From assembly GCA_028534125.1 (NCBI GenBank), contig CM052817.1, positions 57,166,001-57,230,000 of the forward strand: a DNA stretch of 64,000 nucleotides, written 5' to 3'. The translations under genes and the position numbers were made by a program. Shown here one piece after another: positions 37,825 through 51,590 of this stretch. This stretch comes from Lama glama. Lineage: Eukaryota. Positions within the stretch are counted from its first letter, which is position 1. Every line of letters begins with the position of its first letter. The notes under the pieces were generated by a model. It searched no databases. It had not been told where the DNA came from and was given only the letters and a program-made list of their open reading frames with translations.

Positions 37825-40159
37825 TCATTCTCAGGAGGACTAAATATCTAAGTCTTCAAACTTTTGAAAACTGAAACAAAATCTACATGAGTGTTTTGAG
37901 GATGTTTTGTAGTTTTTGAGGTGTAGGGTTTTTTTTTCCAATTTTTTTTAATTGGGTAAAGTGAAAAATCACACCATCTGCTTCTGAGTCTCTGGTGGAT
38001 TTGTCCAAGGCGATTCAATCATATCAGAAAAAATGAGTAACTGATTGCCTGATTCTTCTGACAAGTGACACAACTCTGTCCCATTCTCAAGCCTGTAGCA
38101 AGAGACTGGCTGAGACACTGGAGACAGTGGTGAATGTTTCAGCAGCTGTCTTGCCATCAGGGAAATGGAGAGGTGTAAGTGATTTATACTATGTCACACA
38201 GCAAGCCAGAGGGCAGTGCCAGAAATAGGATCTGCGTCTCCTGCTTGGCAGCCCATGGTCCATGTAGTACACCCTGAGGATATGGAAGCGAGACCCCTCG
38301 TCTGAGCAAAGAAGCAGACAGAGAGACTTCCATTTAGAGGTTCGTAAATGCTACCCTGAAAGAAGGAAGAAAATTCCCCTTTCATGCTCAATCAAGTCTA
38401 AACCAAGGTGAGGGAATGAGGAAATGTTATTTATTTTTGTAAGATGAAAGACCACTGTATTTATTCATTTCTGTCTGTACCACAGAAGGGCTCATTTTCC
38501 CAATAAGTCTTCATGCCTCGTCTCATACAGTGCTGCTTGGAAGGCAGACTGGGGCAAAAAGATACGGGTGATTCCTATAGCTGGCCTAGAAGAAAGGGAT
38601 TTTTTTGTTTGTTTTCTTTAATAAAGCCGTATAGCATTTGAGTTTGATTTCTAAGTACATCACTCAATGCAGTAACCTCAAAGATAAAAGTGAAGTACTA
38701 AATGTCACTGGAGGACCTGAAAAAAAGATAATTTCTTTTCCCCAAAATCTTTACCTATTCCCAAGAAATAAGTCAATCTGTTTAGGCTGAAATTGTCTGT
38801 GTGTAGTTACATATTTCTATTTAAAATATTTTCATCTCTTTCACATCTATCTTTCTGGCATGTGGTTAATTGATTCCTCAAGGGTAAAAATCAAGTGTAT
38901 CCTTACACACACATGCACACACACAGCTTAACAGAACCCACTACAGCATTTCACACTCAGGGTACTCAATTAGTATTTTGCAATTATTCAATTATAGAAA
39001 TAAATATATTAAATAATTAATATATTTAAATATGCTAAAAGAAATAGGGTTGGTTGGCAATAAATAGGTGTTATGGGCTGAGAGCATGGTGGAGGAGGAA
39101 AACTTCCATTTATTTACTTTTTATAGTTCAAAAATCAAATAAAATAATGGTAGAATTGTTGATGGGGGTTTCCATGTTTTTCTATGTTCTTAATGTATAT
39201 ATAACATGTATACAATGGACATGTATCTGCTTCATAACGTAAAAAAGAAATAAATGTTTACAAAGCTAGCAAGTATGAATCATAGTACACAGACTTACGT
39301 ATGTAAGAAATACTACTTAATTTTCTATAATTCAACTTCCATTCTGATTCCAAGGCCCCTTTTCACTGGACAGGTGGTAATTTAACCTCAACCCTTTCCC
39401 TGGTACCAGGGGAGTAGGGGAGGTGAGGGAAACCAGTGCACACCAGTTAGAACTATGCTTATTTCTTATAGTACAGTAGTGATCTCCCTCCACCAAATCA
39501 GAGTTCAGCCTTGAAGATGGGGTTGAGATTCTAGGGTTGGGGAAGGGAACGAAAAAAACAAGTCAGGGGCATAGGTATGGTGGAGGCAGGGGAAAGAAGA
39601 GGAAAGGACACCAGAAAGAGAGACTCACAGATTCCCATCTAAAGCATAGTCCCTCAAAATAATCTCATTTTTAGATGACTATGAACATACAATATCCTGA
39701 AGACAGTACAAGAGGATCTATTTGATCTTCCCTCTGAGTCATCTTTCCTCCATGTGGGGATCTTATCAGAAGGAATTTCAGGAATTCCTGCTTTCTCTGG
39801 ATCCCTTCCATTTCCCCCAACTCCCTAAGGTCCACTTTCGTCTCATTTTCATTTTGGAAATATTTTGCAATGTCCTTGAAACCATGAACATCAATCAGGG
39901 CTCTGTACGAGTAAAGGAAGAACCCTACAGTACACCAAAGGAGAAAACTTAGGTCTTTTATATTTTGTAGAGTTGAACAAGACAAATGTTTATCATGCTA
40001 ATACTGACAGCCTCTTATTGCTCTACTTGGATGCATGCTATGCAAAGTCACTGTTTCTTTACTGTGATTAACAAAGATCTGCTTTCCACCAAGCGGAAGA
40101 AAAATCTTATCCTGCCTCATATAGACAGAAAAGAAAAGGAAGCTAGCTGCCTACTTTTT

Positions 40160-40525
40160 AACCAGTGCTTTATGAAATAGAGTTGATTAACATATTAGCA
40201 TGTTCTCAAGTTGCTCATGTCTAGTGGAAAAGACAGACACAAGCTACAATGTGATGAGTGCTCTTTAAAAAGAATTTTTAAATTGCAGAAGAATCACAGA
40301 ATGGATACAGTTATTTTTGCCTAAAGGTATTTGAAAAGACTTCATAGAGGAGAGACATTTCAACCAAATCTTCAAGTCTGACTTAAGAGAATGGGCAGGT
40401 AAAGACAACAAGCCATATGTGCAATGCATAAAAGGATGAAACCATATGACATATTTATAGGCTCTCAGGTAGAACAGTGTGTCTAGAATACAGAGGTGAT
40501 CAGAGAGTAAAACACAGATTTTGAT
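40160..40525 (-). mobile_element. L2 fragment
   Basis: gttctcaagttgctcatgtctagtgg...aaagacttcatagaggagagacatttcaacc. Confidence 0.6.
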
Positions 40526-40526
40526 C

Positions 40527-41841
40527 AGATTTAATTTAAATGATCCCTGTACAGTTGGGCAGTGCTCAAGTCTCATAAAACAACTCATCATAAAAGGACT
40601 TGCTTAATCCCAAAGTAAGGACATCTACAGCAAAGAGGTAAACAGGAATTATGTCCCAAAGTCAAAGAGCAAAGAAATAATGATAAATATGTGCAAGAAT
40701 TGCTAACCTGGCTCCAAGTCTGTTAAGGAACACACTGTCTCTTACTCACTCCTCATTCTTTATTTTTCCCTCTCACTGAACTGAAGAATACCTTTCCATC
40801 TCACTCCCCATATCCTCTCAAGCCAACTATCCCCCCTCCAAAGGATGAATGTAAATTCAACGTCTACGTCCGTATTAGAGAAGGTAGAAATGGTCTTTCA
40901 TTTTTATTTTTCCCCTCAATTTGGTAGTGATGAGTTTGAAAGAAACTGCTCCTGCAATATGTATCGATGTCTTTTCTCCCTTTATATTCAGTTTCTAACA
41001 ATTGCAGTCAAAACCCAATACCCAGGGAACGAGGAATGGAATAGCCAAGTATCTAGTTGTACGAACGTTTACACCAGTTCAATATCTGATATTCTTCTTT
41101 TTTCCGAAATAATGGAATGTTTGCCAAAAAATCAATAAGCTTTTGTGAAGGAGAAAAGCTAAACACATTATAGAGAGAGGTGCTAACTGGAGGCAGCAAA
41201 CTGATGTTGATGACGAGGCTCTCTCAAGACACAGGGTGCTCCTCTTATAAGGCTGCTGGTTTCTCAACCATTGCTGGTTTCTCAACTAAATTTGTGTCTG
41301 TGTGCCATAAGCAGGGATGTTCTAAATTTAGGGTTAGAAAAACTATTTTTTTCCTTATTTTGTATATTCGGTTTTTATGAATTTATTACCTTACTGCTGT
41401 GTCCTAATCTCTACTTGAACGCTACTTGGAGAAACAGGGAGTGAACCCTAGGAGAATATGAAGGAAACTACATGTTGCTTGGTAACTCAACCTTCCCAAT
41501 ATTTCCACAACTGATTTAACCTTGGACCAAGGGCATTTTCAGCTGATTCCTGTTGTAAGCTGAATTAATTTACCCAGGTTTGAGAGCATTCTTGTTTTTG
41601 TTACACAAGAAACTATCCCATAGTAATTAAAATAATTTTTATCAAGAAAACTAAATAGCCTTTAGAAAAGGTAAAAACTAAGAACAAAGCAGTAATTCAG
41701 AAAGCACTGGAGTGATGTAAAATAAAGTCTTTGAAATGTAGAATGCAGTAGATTTAATCATGAGTGACTCCCCGTACAACTGGGCAGTTCTGAAGTCTCA
41801 TGAAACAGTCCACCATAAAAGGCTTGCCTGATCCTAAAGTA
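40527..41841 (+). repeat. Diverged ~90-bp direct repeat pair (40527-40617 and 41750-41841)
   Basis: Both read agatttaat...gtaca(gt/ac)tgggcagt..aagtctcat.aaaca...cataaaagg.cttgc...atcc.aaagta. Confidence 0.8.
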
Positions 41842-42971
41842 GAGGGAAGTGGCCTGGAATGATAAGATCAGAAATGACTGCTACCTTTGCTGCCTGACAG
41901 TCTGAACCTTGTATAATCAAATAATCACAAAATTTTTCAGCTTCTGGAGACCACCACAGAGATGACAGTCCAAGCCCTCAATTTACAGATAAGGAAACTG
42001 AGGCCCAGAGAGTCTAAGAAGCTTGTCCAAAACCACCAAGAGCTAAAATCTCCCATTCATTCAACTCCCTTTCATTGGATATAGCAAACACAGTGGTAAG
42101 GAATATTGACATACACTCTGTCCTCGTTCATTCATTCAATAATGATTTGTTCAGTGTCTACTTTATGACAAAAACAATGCTAAAAGTTTATATATACCGG
42201 AGAAAATGGATGTTACAACAAATAATTAATGTTAGTATCTACTTTGTCTCTTTTAAAATAAAAGACTGATAGTTTTCACTATGAAATATATACCACTGAT
42301 AGAAATTTTGAAAATGACAAAAAAGTTGAAACAAGGAAAAAGATCACCTACTACCCACTGAAAACCATTTTACCATCATTTGAAACCACTTTCAACATCT
42401 GGTATTTCTTGTCAAACTTTTTCCTCAAGTATAAGTTTCCATTCTATCTTCCTTTTTCCCTTTCAAAAAGCTGTATCATCCTAGATGTACAATTATGTAT
42501 CCTACCTTGTAGTATTTCCTCATGTTATTAAAGACTCTGTAATTATCATTCTTAACAGCTGCAAAATATTCCATGGAGTGGATATAACCATCTATCCAAT
42601 GTTATTTCCTCTTTGGGGAAAGTATGCAATTAAATTATTTTAGAATACTTCTTTGGGAAATCAATTTATGATTAATCAACATCTCAATTTGTTCCAAGGG
42701 TTTTAAGGTTGTTTCCTAAAATTCCCAGAATTCCAATGCAAGTTCAAATGTGCAACCCTCCTGGAAACATATCACCTAATGGTTTTTTGACAGCAAATTT
42801 TTACTGCCACTAAGGATATGAGAATTGTATAGTTCCTTCATCACTTTGACACCACCAGTTTTCCCACTGCTTTCTCATGTTTAATATGCTCAACCACTGA
42901 TTAGACTATGGTAGTTTAATCCTGCCTGTGAAATTATCTGCCATTAGTGTAGCAGAAAGTACTCCACCTTT

Positions 42972-43130
42972 TAGAGTTGCTCAATGAAATACTGGACACC
43001 CAGTTAAATCTGAACTTTAAATAAACAATGAACAATTGGGACATACACTAAAAAATTATTCATTTTTTTATTTGAAGTTCAAATTTAACTGGGCATTCTG
43101 TATTTTTATTTCCTAAATCTGGCAACCCTA
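42972..43130. mobile_element. MER53 palindromic hAT MITE inserted in a MIR
   Basis: agagttgc...cccagttaaatctgaact / agttcaaatttaactggg...ctggcaaccct form inverted arms; MIR sequence on both sides. Confidence 0.85.
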
Positions 43131-43504
43131 TAAACTCTGCCTCTTGCTAATTGTTAGACTTGGGAAATTTTTTACACCACTCAACCTCTTCTAGAAAATG
43201 CAGAGAATCATCTCCACTTTGCAGGATGAATGAAAGTCACAGAGGAACACAAAAAAGCACCTAGCACATGACATTTGCCTTCTTCCATCTGAGTTTCATA
43301 TTATTCTCTTTTCCCTTACCTACCCTGCCACCCAGCTCTGAGGCCTACCTGATTTTATCCCCACTTCCCTATCGTAGGTCTTGGACTCCCAACCCAGCCA
43401 CCTACTACCTATCTACCACTACCACCTACCTTTCTGTGCAATCCTGAGTGTGAAGCTTGGTTCTAGGAAGTGCCTCACGTCAGAGCTTGGTGGCAGAGCA
43501 GCTG

Positions 43505-43720
43505 GGAAATCACAATTTAGTGTGATAGTGAGTGCTAAGTAGACATATTATGGGGGTACATATATTAAAGGGGCCTAACCCAGGCTGTGCAATCAGGGAA
43601 GGCCTTCTGAAGGAAGTAGTATCTCAACTAAGAACTGAAGGATGAGGAGGAGCTGGCAAGGAAAGGGAGAAGGCCAGGGATGTATAGTCTTCAAGGCAAA
43701 GAGAACAGCATATGCAAAGA
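43505..43720 (-). mobile_element. L2 fragment
   Basis: tcagggaaggccttctgaaggaagt...gaactgaaggatgag...gagaacagcatatgcaaag. Confidence 0.75.
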
Positions 43721-46324
43721 TTTAGACTCTCCATTCCTGCAAGTCTAAAATCAGTAGAAATGAAGATCTGCTTCTAGGCCAGCAATCCCAGGAAATAATT
43801 TCGAGCATCTAACAAGCATGATAGGATGACATCATCCTGGATCAATGTGGCCAAATATGGAACATGTGTCAGGGATGAAAACAGTTCTACTAGGACCTCA
43901 TGGACTGAGATGGGGAGGGATGAGCCCCAAACAAAATCTAGGGGCTGTTACCAAAGCAGGGTCTATACATGCTGGACAGGTAATAGTAAGTGTCAGCTAC
44001 ACCCTGTTCACCTTCAGTTTTAAAAACCCAAAATAGAGCTGAAGAGAAAGGTTCAGTAAGAACACTGTGACAGAAGAGAACCCAAATATGCAGCCAACCC
44101 ATATCATGCATGGCAAGAGAGGGGTGACAGTCAAATCTTTAACAAACAGTATGGCACAGGGATTGACAACTCAGAATGGATGCCAGCTGTTATGTCTATC
44201 AGTGGGAACTGGCGCATATCAATCCTGCCTGGGGAGGCTGTGCAATTTGTCAGGCTGGGGTTGATGAATTCGATACTTAGGAATCTTCAAATAAGACAAA
44301 AAAGAATACTTTAAAAGCTTAAAGAAGGAAAGGAGAAAGAAAAGGAGGGAAGGACACAGATCATCTTACATAACTAATTCTTTTTAAAATACTTTAAAAT
44401 AATTCAAATTCAAGATTAGCATTTTTCACATTCATTTATTCCCACCATCCATTGGTAAACAGTTCAATTATTGTATCTTTTCCTTCATAAAGGCTAGACA
44501 CATCTAATTAAATAAGCAATTTACCATTAGAGTTGACAAGGGATAACAGCACCTTACACAGTCCCAGTTTCCCAAGCAAATATTCACAGGGAGCATAGAG
44601 CATATTTTCTATATTTTTCACATGCAAATGATTCCCTAAGGTGATTACTCCATATACTACCCCTGCCGAGTATGTACACATGAAATTATGTCAAAAGTGA
44701 ATTCTGTTAAATCTAGTCATGTTTCAAAAGTAGTCCAAACACAGACCCTTTCTGGTAAAAAGCAAAATTTTATTTCATAAAGCAAATTGGAATCCTATGT
44801 TTTGACCCTAATTTACAAAGGGTTATTATAAGGATCAGAAAGCAATGACTGTTTATTGACCTACATGCCTAGCATTGTGCTGATGAAGAGAGAGGACACC
44901 AAAAGAAATGGAAAAACACATTTCCTGCTGTTAAGCAGCTCACAATTTTATTAGGTACTCAAGTCCTTTACACAATTGGAACATTTAAAGAAGAAAATAA
45001 AAACATATAAGAGCAATATAGGTGCTAAGTGGTGTAATACATCCCATAAGGGCCAAAGAGACCAGGAGGAAAAAGATTCCTGTTCATGAAATGCTTCAGT
45101 AACCTCAGATAAAAGCATGTGATGAACACATAGCCAATATCCACTCACAGAGGTAGTGGAATCCAAATTACCCCCCTGGGATTGTGGGCTCTAATCTCAG
45201 GCCTATCGCCATCTCACTCTCCCACCTTTGGCAAATTACCTCGCCTGTCACCGCTTTCCCTGCAAAATGGTAATAGCAATCAAGCCCTATTCTTTAGGGC
45301 TGGTAAAGAATGAATAATAAAGAAATGGTAGACTCAGTAAAAGATGAGTGCCTAATAAATCCTGACTAGTTAGCGTCCAGCCCCAAATGGTACACTACAT
45401 GGAGCATATGGTATCTTGGTTTGTAGATGTTTATGTATCACCAGTTTGGCTGCATTTGTCAGAGAGGTAAAAGGGTCCGCTTACACAGCCTGTTATTAAT
45501 TACTGTGAAGGATATTTGCAACACTGAAATGCAGATAATTTCTAGATTAAGTGCAGACATCTGCCCCCGTTGTAACATGAGAGCATAACTGTCATCAGCA
45601 AAACCATGTTTTTCTTACGTTGAAATGGAAGAGTGAAGTACCACAATTAAATATTTTGACCAACACAGTGATTAAAGGGACACTTATGCTGCAGGGGTGG
45701 TTTCTAAATCAATTTTGTGTGCTTTCACCTTGTTATGCAAGTCATATGAGGGAAGGGAAGTTATTTTTAATACACAAATTTACTTCTTTTAAAAAAACAC
45801 TTTTAAAAGAAAATGTTTTGGGGGAAGCTATGTTCATAATAGCTTTGATGTTAATTTTAGTCTTTCCTTTATCTTCACTTTTGTTAATGTTAAATATATA
45901 CAATGGAATATTTATAACATTCAAGGAATGAAGGATAATAAGAAAACAGAACATCAGCTTCATGTTTCCTGTGTACCCCTCCTTAATCTCAACCCCTGAA
46001 CCACTATTTTACATTATGTATTAATCAATCTCATCTTGATAGCTTCATATATATGTGTGTGTCCCTAAGAAATATTATACAATTTTCCATGTTTTTGAAT
46101 CTTATACAAAGGATTACACTACATGTATTCCTCTGGGTTTTTTTCTTTTTCATTTGACATTAAGTTCATGAGATGCATCCTTGTTGATGCAAATAGCAGT
46201 GGTTCATTCATTCTCATTGCTATATAGTATTCTAAATTGTAAGTATTTGGTATTATGCACTTTGCTGGTATGAAAATTCTTTTCTGTGTCTCTCAGAGAA
46301 CATGTGTAAGAGTTTCTCCCAAAA

Positions 46325-46556
46325 AGAGCTTTCCAGACAAGACTCCATTCATCAGTGGGTCAGTTCAGTAAGTCTCGACCAGCAGTTTAAACTAGAATAA
46401 AAAATATCAGAGTGCAATGCAAGTCATCTGGCAAGAACTGCCTTAGGAAATTTTGTTTCACTGTTTGTGTGTGTACTATGTTATGGTGTAAAATGTATTT
46501 CTTACTCTAAGACTTTGTTAGCATAAGTTTCTGTCAAAAATGTCTAAGAAACAGTG
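46325..46556. mobile_element. Charlie4z-like hAT fragment
   Basis: aaaatatcagagtgca...ttttgtttca...tgtaaaatgtatttcttact. Confidence 0.6.
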
Positions 46557-46562
46557 TCCTAA

Positions 46563-46720
46563 AGCAAAGTTTCTCAACCTGTAATGTGAACACGAATCAC
46601 CTGTGGATTCTGATTCCATGATCTGGGTGGGGTGGGGCCTGAGACACAATTTTTAACAAACATCCAGGTAACCAACTCCAAATGCTGCTAGTTAAGGAAC
46701 CACCCTTTGAGCAACAAGCC
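46563..46720. mobile_element. MER5A MITE
   Basis: tttctcaacct...gaatcacctg...gattctgattc...ggggtggggcctgaga...tttttaacaa...tttgag. Confidence 0.75.
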
Positions 46721-47447
46721 ACAAGGCAAAGGGATGTATGCTTGTCTGTAGGATGTACATATCTTCATCTTTACAAGATAAAGCCAAGTTGTTTCCCAAA
46801 GTTGCTTGACCAATTTTCAAGTTTCCACTGATCCATATTTTCACTAAAAATTGGTATTAACAGCCTTCAACTTGTCAATCTAACAAATGCAAAAGTATAT
46901 CTCTTTGTAGCTCTAATCTGCATTTTCCTAATTATTTGTAGGATGGAGCATATTTTTATAAAATTGTTGGCTATTTATAATTTCTCTTAAATAAAATGCT
47001 TAATCGAGTCATTATCTATTTTATACTGAGTTATCTTTTTCTTATTGATTTGTAAGAATATTGTATATATTCTGTGGCAATTATATGTATTGAAAATATA
47101 TTTTTTCTAGAGAAAAAAATATTCTCTGCCATATTCTTAAAACCAAAAAAGCCACTGAGTTCCAATCTTTTCCTTTTGTCCATAGTCTTACTTCTGCACC
47201 AAATGCCATAAGATAGGATCTTACTAAGAATGGCAGCCTGCCTTTCAGAAGAAGGAACAAGGTCTTCTCAAGGTCATTTACTTCTATAATCCTGGCCAAT
47301 GAGGAAAACTGAGAAAGTCTTAAAAATGAGCCCCTCAACGAAAAGAGCATTTTGGAGACAAAAACACCATATATTTAGGGATCAACAGAGACATACCAGA
47401 TAATGCCTTCTGAAACTACTGAGCTAAGTTTTGGACAAGGCCACCAC

Positions 47448-47622
47448 CAGGGCCTACTTTGCAGCTATATAATATATGCAGTTACAGAGTGCCACACTCA
47501 GAAGGCCCACAAACTTGGTTTAATTCTCTATTGTCACTATTTTGAAATCCTTCTTGATTTTTTAATAAGGAGCTCCCATTTTCATACTACCCTGAATCGC
47601 ATGGACTATGTATTCAGCACTG
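47448..47622. mobile_element. MER91-like hAT MITE
   Basis: gcagttacagagtgccacactcagaaggccc...cttggtttaattctct...ttgaaatcctt. Confidence 0.6.
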
Positions 47623-48254
47623 TTTTTGGTGGTACTGGGGTGGGAGCTGAACATCCAGTATAATAGAAAATGAAAGCAGGGAAGCCCCAAGAGAGCTCTA
47701 AGAGAGTAGTACACTTCTACACCATCAGATTTGACATAAACATATATTTTTAAATACTTCATGATATCTGTGAGGAGTAATTAATTATCAAGCCATTAAA
47801 AATGGCTCCAATTCTTACCAAGAATAAATATATTCCACAGCTACTTCTGCTTTATTATTGATAGAAACTATTTACTGATAACTATGAATATAGATTGCAG
47901 AAATGTTAAATTTTGTATTGATCCAAGACTTCCTCATATCCAGGAATATTCTTTTCACTCTAAATAACTGATTGGGTGTGGCACAAAATAGAGGTAAAAA
48001 TGCATGGTGATAAAGACTCCAGAAATAACTACCTGGATTCATATCCATTCTCTGTGATTTACTAGTTACAGGATTGTGGGTGCACACCTGACCATCTGAC
48101 TTTGCCCCAAGACTCCCCACTTTCTCACCCCTCAGGATGAGGTACCTGTACCCCCTGATTGACTCACCTCTTGCTGATTCTGCTGCTCAATCTCTCCTCC
48201 ATCTTACTCAGCTTTTTGTATCTTTGATAAAGTGTAATAGTACTTCATATGGAG

Positions 48255-48430
48255 AGACTGTATACACTAGGGGTTAACTATACACCCTCTGGAGCCAGAC
48301 TGCAGAGGCTGAGTCTTGGTGCCATTGATTACTAGCCATTTACACTATCTGTGCATCAGTTTCCTCATCTATAAAATGGGGATAATAACAGTACCTCTTT
48401 CACATGGTAGTTGTAAAGACAAATGAGTGT
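48255..48430 (+). mobile_element. MIR SINE
   Basis: ctctggagccagactg...tctgtgcatcagtttcctcatctataaaatggggataataacagtacct. Confidence 0.85.
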
Positions 48431-48519
48431 TATGGTAAGTGATACTCAGCCATTCTGCTATCATTTTATACTCTCTGTGTAAAAAGAAATAAAGCAAGAC
48501 ACTTTAAAATTTGGCCCTC

Positions 48520-49840
48520 CTGGACTACTTTAAAAGCCTCTTAACTGATCTTTCAGCCAATGCTCTTGGTCCACTCCAATTCATCCTTCATGCAGCCAGA
48601 AGCATAATGTAGGTAAAATGTAAATTTGATTATTTAAATTCCCTAATTGAAACTTTTCAACAGCTCCCATCACTCAGGGTAAGTTCTGAGCTCCTTAGCA
48701 CTGCATAAAATGCCTTCCATGACCTTGCCTCATCTACCTCTGCAGCTAGCTCTTCCTGATTCTGAGCCTGGACCCTGACCCACAGCATCAAATTACTTAC
48801 AGATCCTGGAATACACCAAGGTATCTGTCACTGCTATACCCTTATCCATCCTATTTCCCCTGTTGGAATTCTTCCTGCCCTAAAACTGGATTAACTCCAA
48901 CCCGGCCATTATACATAAATTCAAGGATCTCCTGCTGCGGAATCCTACAACCAGCCAAGTCTCCCTTGTAGCCCCCTAACATTCGGTGCATCTCTTCATC
49001 ATTGTAGTATAATGTAATGATTAAGCGTTCAAACTTTGAAATAGACTACCTAGGTTTGAATTCTGGCTCAATCACTTATCTGTAGTGTGACGCTGAGCAA
49101 GTTTCTTAAAATACTGTGCCTCAGTTTCCTTATCTATGAAATGAGGATAACAAAAGTACCTACCTTATGGGATTGTATTAAGGAGTCATTAATTAAGGGC
49201 CATTATATTAAGGTCTTAACGTAATGCATGGACTAAAGTATATATTCAATAACTGTTAATGCCATATTTTATTTTCTATTTATGTATGTCTGGTCCCCTG
49301 GACTATGAGCTCCTGACACTGAGCATTGCTTCTCACTCACTTTTTAAATACCCACATCTTAGCAAAATGTCTGGTATTATGTTCATCAATTATCCTCTCC
49401 TTCTTAGATACACAATTAAAATACATTTCCCATACCTATCTTGCATCTACCCACCGCCAGCCTAGAACATGTAATCATATGACTGTGTTATATCCAACGG
49501 AACGTGAGTGCATATAATATACAGCACCACCAAACCTAGTCATAATACATCCCAAGCAAACTTTCAAAGGTTCTTTCTCTATTCATGTGGCTGGAGGCAA
49601 AGAACTCTTATATTCCTGAATATGGCAGTACCACAAGATGGAACAGATCAAATCTCTACATTACCCTTACAAGGCAAGCAGATTAAGCAGGAATATTCAC
49701 ACTGGACTTTAGGCAAGCAAGAAATAAACCACTGTGCTAAGTTATGGAGATTTTTGTTACAGGAGTTAGCATTACTCATCCTGTCTAATACAGTAGGTAT
49801 TCAATTAAATTTTGTTGAAATGAATGATTGAATGACTCAA
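48520..49840 (+). mobile_element. L2 3' fragment interrupted by a MIR (49003-49258) and an MLT1J-like LTR (about 49400-49792)
   Basis: L2 motifs ccactccaattcatccttca and terminal tttgttgaaatgaatga; MIR core gtgcctcagtttccttatct; MLT tail aagaaataaac...ttgttacag...ctaataca. Confidence 0.7.
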
Positions 49841-50824
49841 CAATTAACTAAGCAATATTTAAATAAATATGATGGGACCAAAGAGTAAGAAAGGCTAAAC
49901 TAAGAATAGAACAAGATGGCTTTGAGAGTTAAAGAAGTCTGGAAACAAGACAGAGGATAGGGAAACACAAACTGTGTGAAGCATCCCTACACTTCTGCCC
50001 TGCCCAACTCAGAAACAGAATTCATTCTGCCTGCTATTCTCTGGCCTCCTTTTGTCCAACAGTTGTTAAAAAAAAACATAAACAGAGAAGAGTCTGAGAT
50101 GAAGTTTTTGCTTCTGTTGGACAACTTTCTGACCCCTGGGATGAGACAATATAGCACCAAGGATTTCGGGGGGAAATGACTGAGGTTCTTTAATGAGTAT
50201 ATATAGGCAGCTTCTCAAGGGAGAAGAAAATGTAGACCTAGAGTTTAATCTCTTCTATTTTCAGATGCTACTGAAGATTAGATAACTGTTAATAGACCAT
50301 GACTACCTACTGTTCTTAAGTGATCATATTAACTTACCTATTTGCCATGAGGCATCAGAAATCTAGAAGGGGAAAAAAAAAACTCCAAAAGGGAGAAAAG
50401 AAAGGACTCTCCACAAGGTTTGAGAGAACTAATAAGGAATTTTGTGTTTGTCTAAGACATTAGGGAGAAGGAGAGAAAAGGTGGAGAGAAGGATGATATG
50501 GAAAGGGTCTTTTAGGGCCATTCAACCAATCCTAGCATCAGAACATCAACTCAGACTTGCTCTTTTCATGCTTTCCTAACCTTTGTGTTGATATCCCCTA
50601 TTTTCTGCATTTGTTCAAGCTGTGTACAAACTGTGGAGATTTTCCTGAATGGGTTCCAACTATGGAGGATTCTCTACATGCTGATCAAACCTATGAGAGC
50701 AATGTTGGAATTAGACTGGTAAGAAGGGTTAGGGAAGAAAAGAAAAAGGAAGACAATGGAAAAAGTTTTTACCTCTTTACCATTCTGTCCCGAACTATTT
50801 CAATGAGAATCAGTTTTAGTGACA

Positions 50825-51590
50825 ATTCAATTCAGCTCAGCAAACACCAGAATTCTGTCACATAACAAGCAGTGTGCTAAATGTTGAGAATACAGAGGTG
50901 AATATGGCAGGTTCCTGGCCTTCATAATGCAGCAAAAAAAAAAGAAATGTCCAGTTAATTAAAAGGAAATTTAATATGGATGTCATACAAATACAGATGG
51001 CAGTTTTCTGGAATAGAAGAAGGGTCAGGGACATAAGAGACACTTAGAAAGGAGAAGACATTTGAACTGAGACTTTAAGAATATCCTGATGGATACCAAA
51101 GACCAAGGAGGAAAGTCTACCCCAGACAGAGAGAACAGTAGAAACAAAGTTAGAAAGAAAAGAAATGACTGGCTCAATTCAGGGAATATCAGTATTCTGG
51201 TATATCTAGAATTTGGAGTGCATTAGGAGAAGTGAATATAGAAAAGGTTAAAAAGTTAGGCTGAGCCAGTTTGTAGAGTAGAGAGCCTTGAATTAATGTC
51301 AAAAACTTATATTTTAGTCTGAAGGTAATGAAGATCCATCACAGGTCTTCAGGTAGCAAGATCACTGAAGCATCAACTAGACAAGAATGGACTGAAAAGA
51401 AGCCAGATGAGAGACAGGGAGCTGGGTTGATGGACTATTACCTAAATAAGGGAAGTGGTAATAAAAATGAGGAGGAGAAGAAGGAGGACGAAAGAAATAA
51501 AAAAATATTTCATCAATAGAATTTGATATTTTTGGTATCATATGGGAGGGGTAATTCCTAAGCTTGGACAACTGGGTAGATTTTAATATG
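50825..51590 (-). mobile_element. L2 fragment
   Basis: attcaattcagctcagcaaaca...gaagacatttgaactgagactttaag...agagaacag...ctaagcttggacaactgggtagat. Confidence 0.75.

Larger units (their letters stand above)
45880..47110 (-). mobile_element. L1ME 3' fragment interrupted by two MITEs
   Basis: gagatgcatccttgttgatgc...ttcattcattctcattgct...; resumes catatcttcatctttacaaga...ttgtttcccaaagt. Confidence 0.75.

Noticed and set aside
31468..39688. Shared 16-mer agatgactatgaacat at 31468 and 39673 (both ORFs end MFIVI)
   Set aside because: About one such match is expected by chance in 64 kb of AT-rich DNA, and the flanks do not align.
39671..39985. 104-aa minus ORF containing an exon-like segment (39691-39902)
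   Set aside because: Acceptor is plausible but the donor is weak, the length is not a multiple of 3 and I recognise no homology.
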